Below, piece by piece: positions 7,707 to 15,997 of a stretch of DNA of 64,000 bases. Origin of the DNA: an uncultured bacterium (lineage in GTDB: Bacteria; Patescibacteriota; Minisyncoccia; Phycocordibacterales; Phycocordibacteraceae). Below the pieces are notes generated by a model. It was not told the DNA's origin. It ran no database searches and saw only the letters and a program-made list of their open reading frames with translations. How positions within the stretch are numbered: position 1 is the stretch's first letter; each line of letters opens with the position of its first letter. The stretch spans positions 1,800 to 65,799 of the forward strand of contig CAMTWI010000004.1 of NCBI GenBank assembly GCA_947085505.1. Direction: 5' to 3'. A program made the position numbers and the translations under genes.

Positions 7707-8631
7707 AGGAGTGCTTCATGAGCCACTGATAGATGTCTTCAAGTGCTTTCACGGCGTCTCCGGCCGCGATGTTGTTCTGGTGATAGAGTTCGTCGGTGCA
7801 GTCTCCGGCAGCCCACACACTATCCACGGATGTGTGCTGATTTCGGGGATCTGTTATAACGCGTCCAACCGCATCAAGATCAACGAGGTCTTTCGCATAA
7901 TCCGTGTTCGGTATAACCCCAACCTCAACAAAGACGCCCGTAACCGGAAGCTCGGTAACGACTCCTGTTGTTCGGTCCTTAACGGTGAGTCCCGAAACAA
8001 ACTTGTCGCCAAGCACCTCTACAGGTTCCGCGTTGAGTACCGCTTTCATGTTCGGGTGTGCGAGCACCTTTTCAACCGTTATCGCATCACCCTTAAAGGA
8101 TGCATGGCGATGGATGAGTGTCACAGACTTCGCGTATGCAAGAAGTTGGGCTGCGGTCTCAAGGCCGGCATTCCCGCCCCCCACAACGGCAACGTCTTGT
8201 CCTGAGAACATGGGGCCGTCACACGATGCGCAGTAGGTAACACCCATATTCTCGAACTTCTCAGCGCCCGGTACGAGAAGTTTCTTTCGGCCGGCACCAG
8301 AGGCCAAAAGAACAGAGCGGCTAGTATAGGTCTTGCCGTCGCGTGTAGTAGCCGTAAACCCTCCCTCAGCCTTCGAGAGGCTCTCCACACGATCTCCTTC
8401 CACTATCTCGAGTACATCCTGCTTGTAGGCCTCAAGGTGCTCCTTGAAGGATTTCTTAAGATCATCTCCACTAATATTTACGGTACCAATCCAGTTCTGG
8501 ATTCCTTCTGAGACGGTAGACTGTCCGCCAATCTCTTCTGCGATAAGTACTGTCTTGAGGCGCTTGCGAGCGGCGTACACGCCGGCAGCGACGCCCGCCG
8601 GTCCGCCGCCAATGATGATGAGGTCTTTCAT
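7705..8631 (-). CDS. trxB: Thioredoxin-disulfide reductase
   Basis: 308 aa. IIGGGPAGVAAGVYA FAD fold, redox CASCDG, second GGGNAG dinucleotide fold. Confidence 0.9.
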   Translation of the reverse strand: MKDLIIIGGGPAGVAAGVYAARKRLKTVLIAEEIGGQSTVSEGIQNWIGTVNISGDDLKKSFKEHLEAYKQDVLEIVEGDRVESLSKAEGGFTATTRDGKTYTSRSVLLASGAGRKKLLVPGAEKFENMGVTYCASCDGPMFSGQDVAVVGGGNAGLETAAQLLAYAKSVTLIHRHASFKGDAITVEKVLAHPNMKAVLNAEPVEVLGDKFVSGLTVKDRTTGVVTELPVTGVFVEVGVIPNTDYAKDLVDLDAVGRVITDPRNQHTSVDSVWAAGDCTDELYHQNNIAAGDAVKALEDIYQWLMKHS

Positions 8632-8637
8632 AGAAGG

Positions 8638-8646
8638 AGTATAGCA
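8638..8646 (-). promoter_or_regulatory. Extended -10 (TGCTATACT) immediately upstream of trxB
   Basis: Minus strand: TGCTATACT ends 6 nt before the ATG, implying a leaderless or very short-leader mRNA. No SD. Confidence 0.35.
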
Positions 8647-8679
8647 AAATCCCCTGGAGCTAGCTCCAGGGGATTTTGC
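8644..8679 (-). terminator. Intrinsic terminator after ftsZ
   Basis: GCAAAATCCCCTGGAGC-TA-GCTCCAGGGGATTTTGC perfect hairpin flanked by A/T runs. Confidence 0.7.
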
Positions 8680-8688
8680 TCATCTCAT

Positions 8689-9972
8689 CTACTTCTTGTG
8701 CCTACGGAGGAAGGAGGGGATAGCGCCCCATGCTTCATCTTCGTCCTCGGTAGCGTTCTGTTGTGCGGAAGGCGGGGTGACGGTCTTTGTGACCGCTTCC
8801 TCACGCCGTTGCGGCTGGGCAGTTACGAGAGGCTCCTCGCGACGTTTCTCAACCTTTGGCTCTTCAACAACAGGCTCAGGGAGTGGTGCAGGTGCTGGCT
8901 CCTCGCGGCGTCCTATCTCGTTGTAGATCTTTCCACGGGTCTCCTCTTGTTCATCAGGCTGCATTGCAAAGAGGGAACGCTCGATACCGCCCTGGCTGCC
9001 GTCTCCATTGTCGCCCTCAGGGAAACCGGTTGCGATAACAATGATGCGGATTTGGCCCTTCTTAAGCTTCTCGTCGCGCATAATACCGAAGATAACTTTG
9101 GCGGTTGGATCAACAGAATCTGAGACAACCTTCGCCGCCTCCTGAACCTCGAGGATACCGAGATCGTCTGCACCAGCGACAACGAAGAGGACACCCTTCG
9201 CGCCCGTGATAGAGACGTCGAGGAGTGGGGAATTAACCGCTTGAGCGGCTGCGTCTTGTGCACGCCTGTCGCCATCTGCAATACCAATGCCCATGAGTGC
9301 GGGACCCGCGCCCTCCATGATGGCCTTGATGTCGTTGAAGTCGGTGTTGATCTCTCCTGGGGTAGTGATGATGTCAGAGACACCCTCAACGGCCTGGCGG
9401 AGAATCTCGTCGGCCATAGCGAATGCAGACTTCGCGCTGGTCTGTGCCTCAACAATAGAGAGGAGCTTGTCGTTAGGGATAACGATAAACGCATCCACTT
9501 CTTTCTTGAGCTCCATGAGACCTCGCTCAGCGAGCTCCTTGCGGTGCATGCCCTCGAACATGAATGGGCGAGTAACAACTGCGACGGTGAGTGCACCGAT
9601 TTCCTTTGCGATCCTCGCTACAACTGGTGCTGCACCGGTGCCAGTGCCGCCACCCATACCGCAGGTGATGAAGACCATATCCGAGCCCTGGAGTGCTTCC
9701 TGGATCTCCTGACGAGTCTCTTCAGCAGCACGCTTGCCGAGTTCCGGGTTCATACCGGTACCGAGCCCACGGGTTAGGTTCTTCCCGATGTGAATCTTCC
9801 GCTTCGCGAGGGAGCGGTGAAGATCCTGTGCGTCTGAGTTAACGGCAATGAATTCAACACCCTTCACCTTGGAATTAACCATGTGATTCACGGCATTGCA
9901 GCCGGAGCCGCCGACTCCCACGACACGTATCCTGGCGAACGTCTCGACTTCTGGTTCTACTCGCTTTGACAT
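8689..9972 (-). CDS. ftsZ: Cell division GTPase FtsZ
   Basis: 427 aa. GVGGSGCNAV and the tubulin signature GGGTGTGAAPV. Acidic/proline-rich linker and conserved C-terminal IPSFLRR peptide. Confidence 0.95.
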   Translation of the reverse strand: MSKRVEPEVETFARIRVVGVGGSGCNAVNHMVNSKVKGVEFIAVNSDAQDLHRSLAKRKIHIGKNLTRGLGTGMNPELGKRAAEETRQEIQEALQGSDMVFITCGMGGGTGTGAAPVVARIAKEIGALTVAVVTRPFMFEGMHRKELAERGLMELKKEVDAFIVIPNDKLLSIVEAQTSAKSAFAMADEILRQAVEGVSDIITTPGEINTDFNDIKAIMEGAGPALMGIGIADGDRRAQDAAAQAVNSPLLDVSITGAKGVLFVVAGADDLGILEVQEAAKVVSDSVDPTAKVIFGIMRDEKLKKGQIRIIVIATGFPEGDNGDGSQGGIERSLFAMQPDEQEETRGKIYNEIGRREEPAPAPLPEPVVEEPKVEKRREEPLVTAQPQRREEAVTKTVTPPSAQQNATEDEDEAWGAIPSFLRRHKK

Positions 9973-10010
9973 ATGGAGCTGTTAAATGGTCCCCTAATAA
10001 GTTCTGCCTC

Positions 10011-10019
10011 ATCATACCA
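10011..10019 (-). promoter_or_regulatory. Extended -10 (TGGTATGAT) upstream of ftsZ
   Basis: Minus strand: TGGTATGAT about 40 nt upstream of the ftsZ ATG. Only a weak -35. Confidence 0.35.
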
Positions 10020-10419
10020 GGCAAATCGAGCATGCAAATACTGACAAAAATCGGAAACGTGCTGTAAAAACAGGACCATTTTGGATACAAATCGGGACCA
10101 ACGCTGAGGTCGGTCCCGAAAAAGAGGTGGAGTGAGCAGGTTTAGGCTTGGATGGAGCTACCTCTAATTACGTGAGTTAGCTTTACCACCCGCTTTTCTT
10201 CGAACGCAGTCCTTGAAAAAGGTGAGCGACTACTTTTCTAGCATCTTCACAGTTGTTCAGTTATACCGCCAACATGACAGCTTTCCTGTTCTACGGTCCC
10301 GTACGTTTCCGGCAACGCGGTAGAAGAAGACACCGGCCTATTTCCTCCTTAGGAAATCTCGTTTGATGTATTCCTGCACACTGCACACATCGCGAGTATA
10401 CAGAGTGGACCTCGCTTGT

Positions 10420-11595
10420 CTACGGAAGGAACTGTTTCAAAAACTTCTGCACCGACGTTGCGAATTCTCCCATTGCAAACCCACTTTTCTTCTTCGGTGT
10501 CTCCGTGTCACCCGTAAGGCCCCAGAGTGCGAGTCCGTACGCAACGGCCCAGGTAGCATCCTTCACCTTCGTGTCGCTTGAAACCTTAAGGTCTGCGATA
10601 CGAGATGGGAGATTAAGCGTGCCCTTTGCAATGTCACTAATAGAGCCTTGTCCTGAGGCTCCTCCAGAGATAATAATGCCGGCAGGAAGATTGCCGCGAC
10701 GTCCAAGTACTTTTAGGTGCTTATCGATGAGTTCAAACATCGCGCGGAAACGAGCCGTAACAATCTCGTCCACTTTCTTGCGCGGATACATAGCGCCGCC
10801 GAGGCGTCCGAGCTTCAAGCGTTCCGCGTCTTCAAGAGAAACCTTAAATCCAAGTGCAAGATCGTCGGTTATATTAGTTGACCCGATAGGGAATACTTTT
10901 ACAGAAATAGGGAGTCCTTCGTCGTACACAACGATAGACACGGTTTCAGCACCAATGTTGGCGAGCACGCAGCCTTTCATCTTCTGGTCCTTGGTGAGGG
11001 TGACGTAGGAGCCAGCTAGTGGGGACGCCATCCGATCAACAACCTCGATGTTTGCACTTTCGGTGGTAGCAGTCAGGACTTCGGCATGCTGCGTGAGGCA
11101 TGTAACGAAAAGATAATCCGCGGTGAGGCGAGTTCCTTTGAGGCCGATGGGCTCGCCGAGTGACTTTGCTCCGTCCACTCGAAACTCAACCGGAATCTCG
11201 TGGAGAATAGTGCGATTCAGGAAGCTTGGCCTTGCAGCCTCGCGTGCGGTTTCAAGTACCTTCTCAAGATCGAGGTCTGTAATCTCCTGATCAGCACGAG
11301 AGATGATTGTCTCGCCCGTAGCTCGAACCTCGTCTAAAGAGACTCCACCAATGGCGAGGAAGCCGCGGCGTATAGGGACGCGAGCAACCTGTTCAGCCTG
11401 AGCGCGTGCCTGGCGCACGCTCTCTGCGGCATCCTCAGCGTCCACCACATACCCGTGTCGCATACCGCGGCTCTCTGCTATACCCGTCCCGATGATATGG
11501 AGCTCAGGTCCCGTCTCCGTCTGCACCTCTTCAACCACCACGACTTTCGTCTGGTGCGTGCCGATGTCGATGCCGGTAGCGATTCGTCGGGACAT
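10420..11595 (-). CDS. ftsA: Cell division protein FtsA
   Basis: 391 aa, actin-like ATPase. GIDIGTHQTKVVV phosphate-1 and IISGGASGQGSI phosphate-2/adenosine motifs. Adjacent to ftsZ. Confidence 0.9.
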   Translation of the reverse strand: MSRRIATGIDIGTHQTKVVVVEEVQTETGPELHIIGTGIAESRGMRHGYVVDAEDAAESVRQARAQAEQVARVPIRRGFLAIGGVSLDEVRATGETIISRADQEITDLDLEKVLETAREAARPSFLNRTILHEIPVEFRVDGAKSLGEPIGLKGTRLTADYLFVTCLTQHAEVLTATTESANIEVVDRMASPLAGSYVTLTKDQKMKGCVLANIGAETVSIVVYDEGLPISVKVFPIGSTNITDDLALGFKVSLEDAERLKLGRLGGAMYPRKKVDEIVTARFRAMFELIDKHLKVLGRRGNLPAGIIISGGASGQGSISDIAKGTLNLPSRIADLKVSSDTKVKDATWAVAYGLALWGLTGDTETPKKKSGFAMGEFATSVQKFLKQFLP

Positions 11596-12014
11596 TAAGA
11601 AGAGCGTTTTTTAGACTGACTAGTAAACCGCTTGAGGAGCAAGCGTTCCTTACGCTCCATTGTAGCCCCGTGACGCTCTCCCTTCAAATGAAGGCATCCG
11701 TGGATAAAGAGAAACCCAACGAATTGCGTGTACGTCATGTCGTAGTCGGGTGCCTGTTTCTTCGCTACCGGAAGACAAATAACAATCTCTCCGGACTTCG
11801 TGCCTGATTCGTACGAGAGTACGTTTGGCACGTAGTCCTTTCCGCGCAACCTGATGTTCATGGACCGTGCGCGGGTGGAGCCGGCAAACACCAAAGACAT
11901 ATCCCAACCGGGTAAGGTTGCTGCGAGCGCCTCTTGGTATGGAAACTTCGGGACAGGGGACTTTGTGAAGTTGCGGGTGTCGAGCGTTGTGGGCATGTCT
12001 ATAGGATATAGCAA
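11595..12014 (-). CDS. ybeY: rRNA maturation endoribonuclease YbeY
   Basis: FIHGCLHLKGERHG matches the H-G-x-L-H-L-x-G-x-x-H zinc motif. The true start may be internal. Confidence 0.85.
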   Translation of the reverse strand: MLYPIDMPTTLDTRNFTKSPVPKFPYQEALAATLPGWDMSLVFAGSTRARSMNIRLRGKDYVPNVLSYESGTKSGEIVICLPVAKKQAPDYDMTYTQFVGFLFIHGCLHLKGERHGATMERKERLLLKRFTSQSKKRSS

Positions 12015-12039
12015 AAAGCGCCCGAAGGCGCTTGTTGTT

Positions 12040-12300
12040 CTACTTGCGGCCGCGGGTCTTTCGAGCGGCTGGATCGATCTTGCCGAGCTTCACCTGCTCG
12101 TTGTATTCCGCAATGCGCTCTCCTCGAATCATGGCGCGAGCGTGATCTACGTTCTTGGACTTCTGGCGAACGAAGTAACGGCGCTTTCGAAGCATACGAA
12201 CGAGACCGAGGCCCTGGCCACGGCGGGAGAAACGGCGGATAAGAGAAGCTGCGCTCTCGTTCTTAGCGCGGCGGACCTCTACGCGTACGGCGTTTTGCAT
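12040..12300 (-). CDS. rpsU: 30S ribosomal protein S21
   Basis: 86 aa, very basic. V.V..NES...LIRRFSRR...RKRRYF.R.SK pattern typical of S21. Confidence 0.7.
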   Translation of the reverse strand: MQNAVRVEVRRAKNESAASLIRRFSRRGQGLGLVRMLRKRRYFVRQKSKNVDHARAMIRGERIAEYNEQVKLGKIDPAARKTRGRK

Positions 12301-12358
12301 ACCAGAAACATAGCATACTGAGGTATTTCCTGTCTAGGATGGGTGCCTAAACGTCCTT

Positions 12359-13516
12359 TTATGCAACAACCTTCAACCGCTCAATGAGTGACGTAAGTGG
12401 AATAAACGTCTCCGTGTGGGTAGAGCGCTCTCTTAGGATTACGTTCCCTTCAAGTGCCTCCTTGCGTCCCATGATGAGGAGATATTGCGGGTTATGAGTC
12501 TCTGCGAGACGCATCTGCTCAGACAAGGACGCGATGCCCATAGCCTGCGTCATCGGGATGCGTGCACGGCGGAGATCGTCAGCCATCTTCATGCTCTCGA
12601 GCTTTGCTTCGTCTCCGATGTGCACGAATACGAAACGAGGCGCCGCACGCTCCTTAACGGGTGCAATTGGCTCGCGATTTGTTGTATTGATACGAATAAC
12701 AGCACCAATTGAATGCACGGCGGACTTGAAGAATGGACGAGCGAGCTCGTTATAGCGAGAACCCCAGGCACTTACGTTCCCGTTCCCGTTGGGTATCGAA
12801 AGATCGAAACACGTCTCTGCCCATGACGAGCCATGCGAAAGAAGATCGGGCGCGAGCTCGTACGGAGTGTCGGTTGTCTCCAGGTACTCAAGCACGCACT
12901 CAAAGTGCTTGCGACTCGCTTCGGAGAGATGATCGGTTGGAGACGGAAGATGTTCAGAATCTTCTTTCGAGCGTGCGAGCATTTGGGCAGCCTCGAGAAT
13001 GTCGCCATCCTTGGCGCAGTTCACACACTCCTCGGGAAGCACCGGTCCGTGCTTGCGGAAGAATTGGGTTAGTTCGCGTGCAAAGCGGCTACGGGTCTCC
13101 TTGTCTCCCATGCTGTTCAACTTCAGATGAGGATCAGACTTCGTAAGGTCCTGCATGAGGGCACGCACGGCGCGGATAAGCACTGCGTCGCCAATGGCGT
13201 GCTCAACACCAAGTACATGGAACTGGATGACGATCTGCTTTGGTGCGGGGCGGCCAGCAGCAGCGTTTGAGTGCCAGAAGAAAAGCGGCTGAAGAGCAGA
13301 CGGCGTAATCCCCGAATCACGTACCTGCTTCAAAAGCGCTACAACTTCTTTTGCGGCAGGATCGAGCGTATCGAGCGCGTAGCCGTCCGGGTACGGAGCC
13401 TTCACATTCTGGCCGCGGCGGGCATGTGTAAGGGTTGAGAGTGGTGCAAAACCGTAGTAGTTGCCAATCGCGTGCGCACGCTTGAGAACATCGGAAGGAA
13501 GAAGCGTGGTTGGCAT
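12359..13516 (-). CDS. Histidyl-tRNA-synthetase paralog (HisZ-like) with degenerate catalytic motif 2
   Basis: 385 aa. QFHVLGVEHAIGDAVLI resembles the HisRS F.Q.G.E..G...DAE segment, but the preceding RYERPQ is replaced by HSNAAAGRPAP. The C-terminal anticodon-binding-like domain (PRFVFVHIGDEA..YLLIMG) is retained. Confidence 0.55.
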   Translation of the reverse strand: MPTTLLPSDVLKRAHAIGNYYGFAPLSTLTHARRGQNVKAPYPDGYALDTLDPAAKEVVALLKQVRDSGITPSALQPLFFWHSNAAAGRPAPKQIVIQFHVLGVEHAIGDAVLIRAVRALMQDLTKSDPHLKLNSMGDKETRSRFARELTQFFRKHGPVLPEECVNCAKDGDILEAAQMLARSKEDSEHLPSPTDHLSEASRKHFECVLEYLETTDTPYELAPDLLSHGSSWAETCFDLSIPNGNGNVSAWGSRYNELARPFFKSAVHSIGAVIRINTTNREPIAPVKERAAPRFVFVHIGDEAKLESMKMADDLRRARIPMTQAMGIASLSEQMRLAETHNPQYLLIMGRKEALEGNVILRERSTHTETFIPLTSLIERLKVVA

Positions 13517-13522
13517 AGTTGT

Positions 13523-14074
13523 TTATTGAACTTCAGTTACAGCACCTGGTAACACCCCTATAGAACTAAACGGTAAGAGCCGTACGTATGCGCGTCCCAT
13601 GACGTCCCTCTCGGGAAGTGCGCCCCACGTACGCGAGTCGGAGCTCTTTGGTCGGTTGTCACCCATAACGAAGTATTCTCCAGTACCGAGGGAGCGATCG
13701 AGTGTGTACGTAGCGTCTTCAGAGACGACATAGGACTCATCAAGTTCAATTCTGGTGCCATCAGTCTTCGTTACGAAAGTCTTTCCTTGCTCGATGTGTA
13801 CTGTTTCGCCTGGAAGACCAATAAGGCGCTTTATATAAAAGACAGTTTCGTCATTTGGATACCGGAATACCACAACATCGCCGCGCTTAGGCTCGCTCAG
13901 GCGATACGAAAGCTGATCAACGATTAAATAATCGCCACTATCAAAGGTTGGATACATACTTTCGCCTTCAACAACGAATGGTTGCGCGACAAAAAGGCGG
14001 ATGGGGACGACGATGACGACAGCAAGGACAACGAAAGTGATGATCTCACGAAACGCGGTCCCAAGAACGTTCAT
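13523..14074 (-). CDS. lepB: Signal peptidase I
   Basis: 183 aa. N-terminal TM, catalytic GESMYPTF, RGDVVVF, YIKRLIGLPGE, GDNRPKSSDSRTWG. Confidence 0.9.
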   Translation of the reverse strand: MNVLGTAFREIITFVVLAVVIVVPIRLFVAQPFVVEGESMYPTFDSGDYLIVDQLSYRLSEPKRGDVVVFRYPNDETVFYIKRLIGLPGETVHIEQGKTFVTKTDGTRIELDESYVVSEDATYTLDRSLGTGEYFVMGDNRPKSSDSRTWGALPERDVMGRAYVRLLPFSSIGVLPGAVTEVQ

Positions 14075-14201
14075 GGGGGCATTGTATTCCTATGAAATCT
14101 CACGTCAACTTTTTGCACAAATGGTTCGTCCTTGCTGCATACATCGCAAGATGCTATAGCATCTGCAGATTCACCTCCTTACGGAAAGGATACTAAGTTC
14201 C

Positions 14202-14585
14202 ATGTGCGATACCTGTGAGACACTCATCTGCGTGCTATTCGACAATCTCGTGCGCGACTACTTCCGTGATTTTCCTGAACCGCAGGAAGCTGCTCGAGCG
14301 TACCGACCGACCTACATGCGGCTCGATGTGCGCAACGCAGCAGAATCTGCTGCAACTAAGACTGGCTTCAAGGCCATGGTTGAGGCGGCGGCCGGCATCG
14401 AGTATGATCCCGGCGAATTCCTCGCGGTGCTCGCCGAGAAGTCCGGATTCAAGGACCACGTCCTCAATTGGGCCCGCGGCATTATCCCGAACGGTCTCGC
14501 GAGAAAGGTCATCCTGACCTGTGCGGAGAACATCATCCGCGAGCGTGGCGCCCAGCCGACCCTGAGTCTGCAATTAGCCGCGTAG
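14202..14585 (+). CDS. Hypothetical protein (high-GC ORFan cassette)
   Basis: 127-aa ORF, GC-rich relative to its neighbours. Upstream TTGCTG-N17-TATAGC (with TG extension) and SD GGAAAGGA; followed by a 12-bp perfect hairpin. Confidence 0.5.
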   Translation: MCDTCETLICVLFDNLVRDYFRDFPEPQEAARAYRPTYMRLDVRNAAESAATKTGFKAMVEAAAGIEYDPGEFLAVLAEKSGFKDHVLNWARGIIPNGLARKVILTCAENIIRERGAQPTLSLQLAA

Positions 14586-14604
14586 CGTATCTTTCACGGC
14601 CTTT

Positions 14605-14635
14605 TATGCCGCGGCACTCACCCTGCCGCGGCATA
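14605..14635 (+). terminator. Hairpin terminator after the 127-aa gene
   Basis: TATGCCGCGGCA-CTCACCC-TGCCGCGGCATA (12-bp perfect stem), then GCTCTTTCCC. Confidence 0.55.
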
Positions 14636-14662
14636 GCTCTTTCCCTGGTACAATTCAATGTA

Positions 14663-15262
14663 ATGGCACACGTTATCATCGGTCTCGGGAATCCTGGCGG
14701 GGAATATGCGAACACCCGACACAATGCTGGAAGGATGACAGCAGAATTATTTGCACACCAGGAAAGACTCTCTGAGTTCAAACTAAAGAAGACCGCACAA
14801 GCGCTCCTCTCGGAAGGTGTGGTAGATGGAATTAAGGTGCAGGTTGTACTTCCAGAGGTCTATATGAACCTCTCAGGCAAGAGCGCTCTCGCGCTTGTGA
14901 AGTCGAAGCCCGCCGCAAAAAAGCTCCTCGTTATTCGCGATGATCTCGATCTGCCGCTTGGTGTCATTAAGATGACGACATACGGGCGAGGTGCGGGCGG
15001 ACACAAAGGTGCTGAAAGCATCATGCGTGCACTTAAGACCAAAGACTTCGCACAAATGAAGATTGGTATTGCAGGACAGACTCCCAAGGGAAAACTCAAG
15101 AAAGTGTCAGGCGAGGAGAAGGTAATTAACCACGTCATCGGGAAGTTCAAGCCTACAGAAGAGGCGCTTCTTAAGAAGACGCTGAAGAAGGCCGCTGAAG
15201 CCGCTCATCTTTTTGTTACGGACGGCATCGACAAGGCGATGCTCTACGCGAACACCCGTTGA
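14663..15262 (+). CDS. pth: Peptidyl-tRNA hydrolase
   Basis: Start moved to ATG 14663 (MAHVIIGLGNPGGEYANTRHNAG). The upstream part of ORF 14468.. overlaps the preceding cassette and its hairpin. Confidence 0.9.
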   Translation: MAHVIIGLGNPGGEYANTRHNAGRMTAELFAHQERLSEFKLKKTAQALLSEGVVDGIKVQVVLPEVYMNLSGKSALALVKSKPAAKKLLVIRDDLDLPLGVIKMTTYGRGAGGHKGAESIMRALKTKDFAQMKIGIAGQTPKGKLKKVSGEEKVINHVIGKFKPTEEALLKKTLKKAAEAAHLFVTDGIDKAMLYANTR

Positions 15263-15282
15263 TTGCTCTAAGCGGCAATTAG

Positions 15283-15933
15283 TTGCATACTCCGGCCAGG
15301 ACTGTTCCAAATGCTTGGGGGATACACGTGACCAGCAACAAACGAAAGAAGAAGGTCCCGGCAGGACCTTGTAAGGTTAAAAGCCTAAAGTCGCTTCGAG
15401 CCTTGTTGAAGCGCCACGGCGTGAACTATGCAGACTGGGGTGTAGGATACACGAAAACCCCGCAAGAACTGATGAAGGAGGTTAGGCTCGGCGAGTCTTT
15501 GCTTCTCATCAAGCGCGGTATGCTGCGACGTCAAGCACGGCACTCGCAGGCGAGTATCACCTGCATGGTCGACGGCATCTTGTACGAACTCGTTGAAGAC
15601 CGTCAGGTATTCGCGAATGGTACGGTCCGCCGTAGAGAGGGCGGCCGAAGCGTAAGCGAGAAGATCCAGTCTGGTGAGTCACCTAAGGCAGCGATGATAC
15701 GAGGGATCCACGAGGAACTCGGTCTTGTTGATTACACCGGCGAAGGACTTGTGCGAGAAATCCGCCGCCCGCGCAGACGCAGTAACGATTCTGCCGAATC
15801 CTATCCCGGACTTGCGGTTGACCACATCGAGTTCCAGTTCTCGTGGGCCATGCCGCTCAAGTACTTTTGTGCTGATGGCTATGTTGAAGTGAAGAGACGG
15901 AAGTCTACCTATTTCGTTTGGAAGGTAGCGTAA
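15283..15933 (+). CDS. Nudix-like hypothetical protein
   Basis: 216-codon ORF (TTG at 15283; GTG at 15328 with GGGGGA upstream is an alternative start). GESPKAAMIRGIHEELGL is a degenerate Nudix box. Confidence 0.5.
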   Translation: MHTPARTVPNAWGIHVTSNKRKKKVPAGPCKVKSLKSLRALLKRHGVNYADWGVGYTKTPQELMKEVRLGESLLLIKRGMLRRQARHSQASITCMVDGILYELVEDRQVFANGTVRRREGGRSVSEKIQSGESPKAAMIRGIHEELGLVDYTGEGLVREIRRPRRRSNDSAESYPGLAVDHIEFQFSWAMPLKYFCADGYVEVKRRKSTYFVWKVA

Positions 15934-15956
15934 ACTCAATCGTGCATACAAACGAA

Positions 15957-15984
15957 AACGCCCGGAACGAAAGTTCCGGGCGTT
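15957..15984. terminator. Bidirectional terminator between convergent genes
   Basis: AACGCCCGGAAC-GAAA-GTTCCGGGCGTT followed by GTCTGTTTG. Confidence 0.7.
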
Positions 15985-15997
15985 GTCTGTTTGCTTG

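Noticed and set aside
8696-9777. Antisense and alternative-frame ORFs across ftsZ (8913..9596 -, 9241..9777 +, 9287..9712 +, 8698..9123 +).
   Set aside because: They are fully nested in the unmistakable ftsZ reading frame. They have low-complexity Ser/Arg-rich translations typical of off-frame reads.
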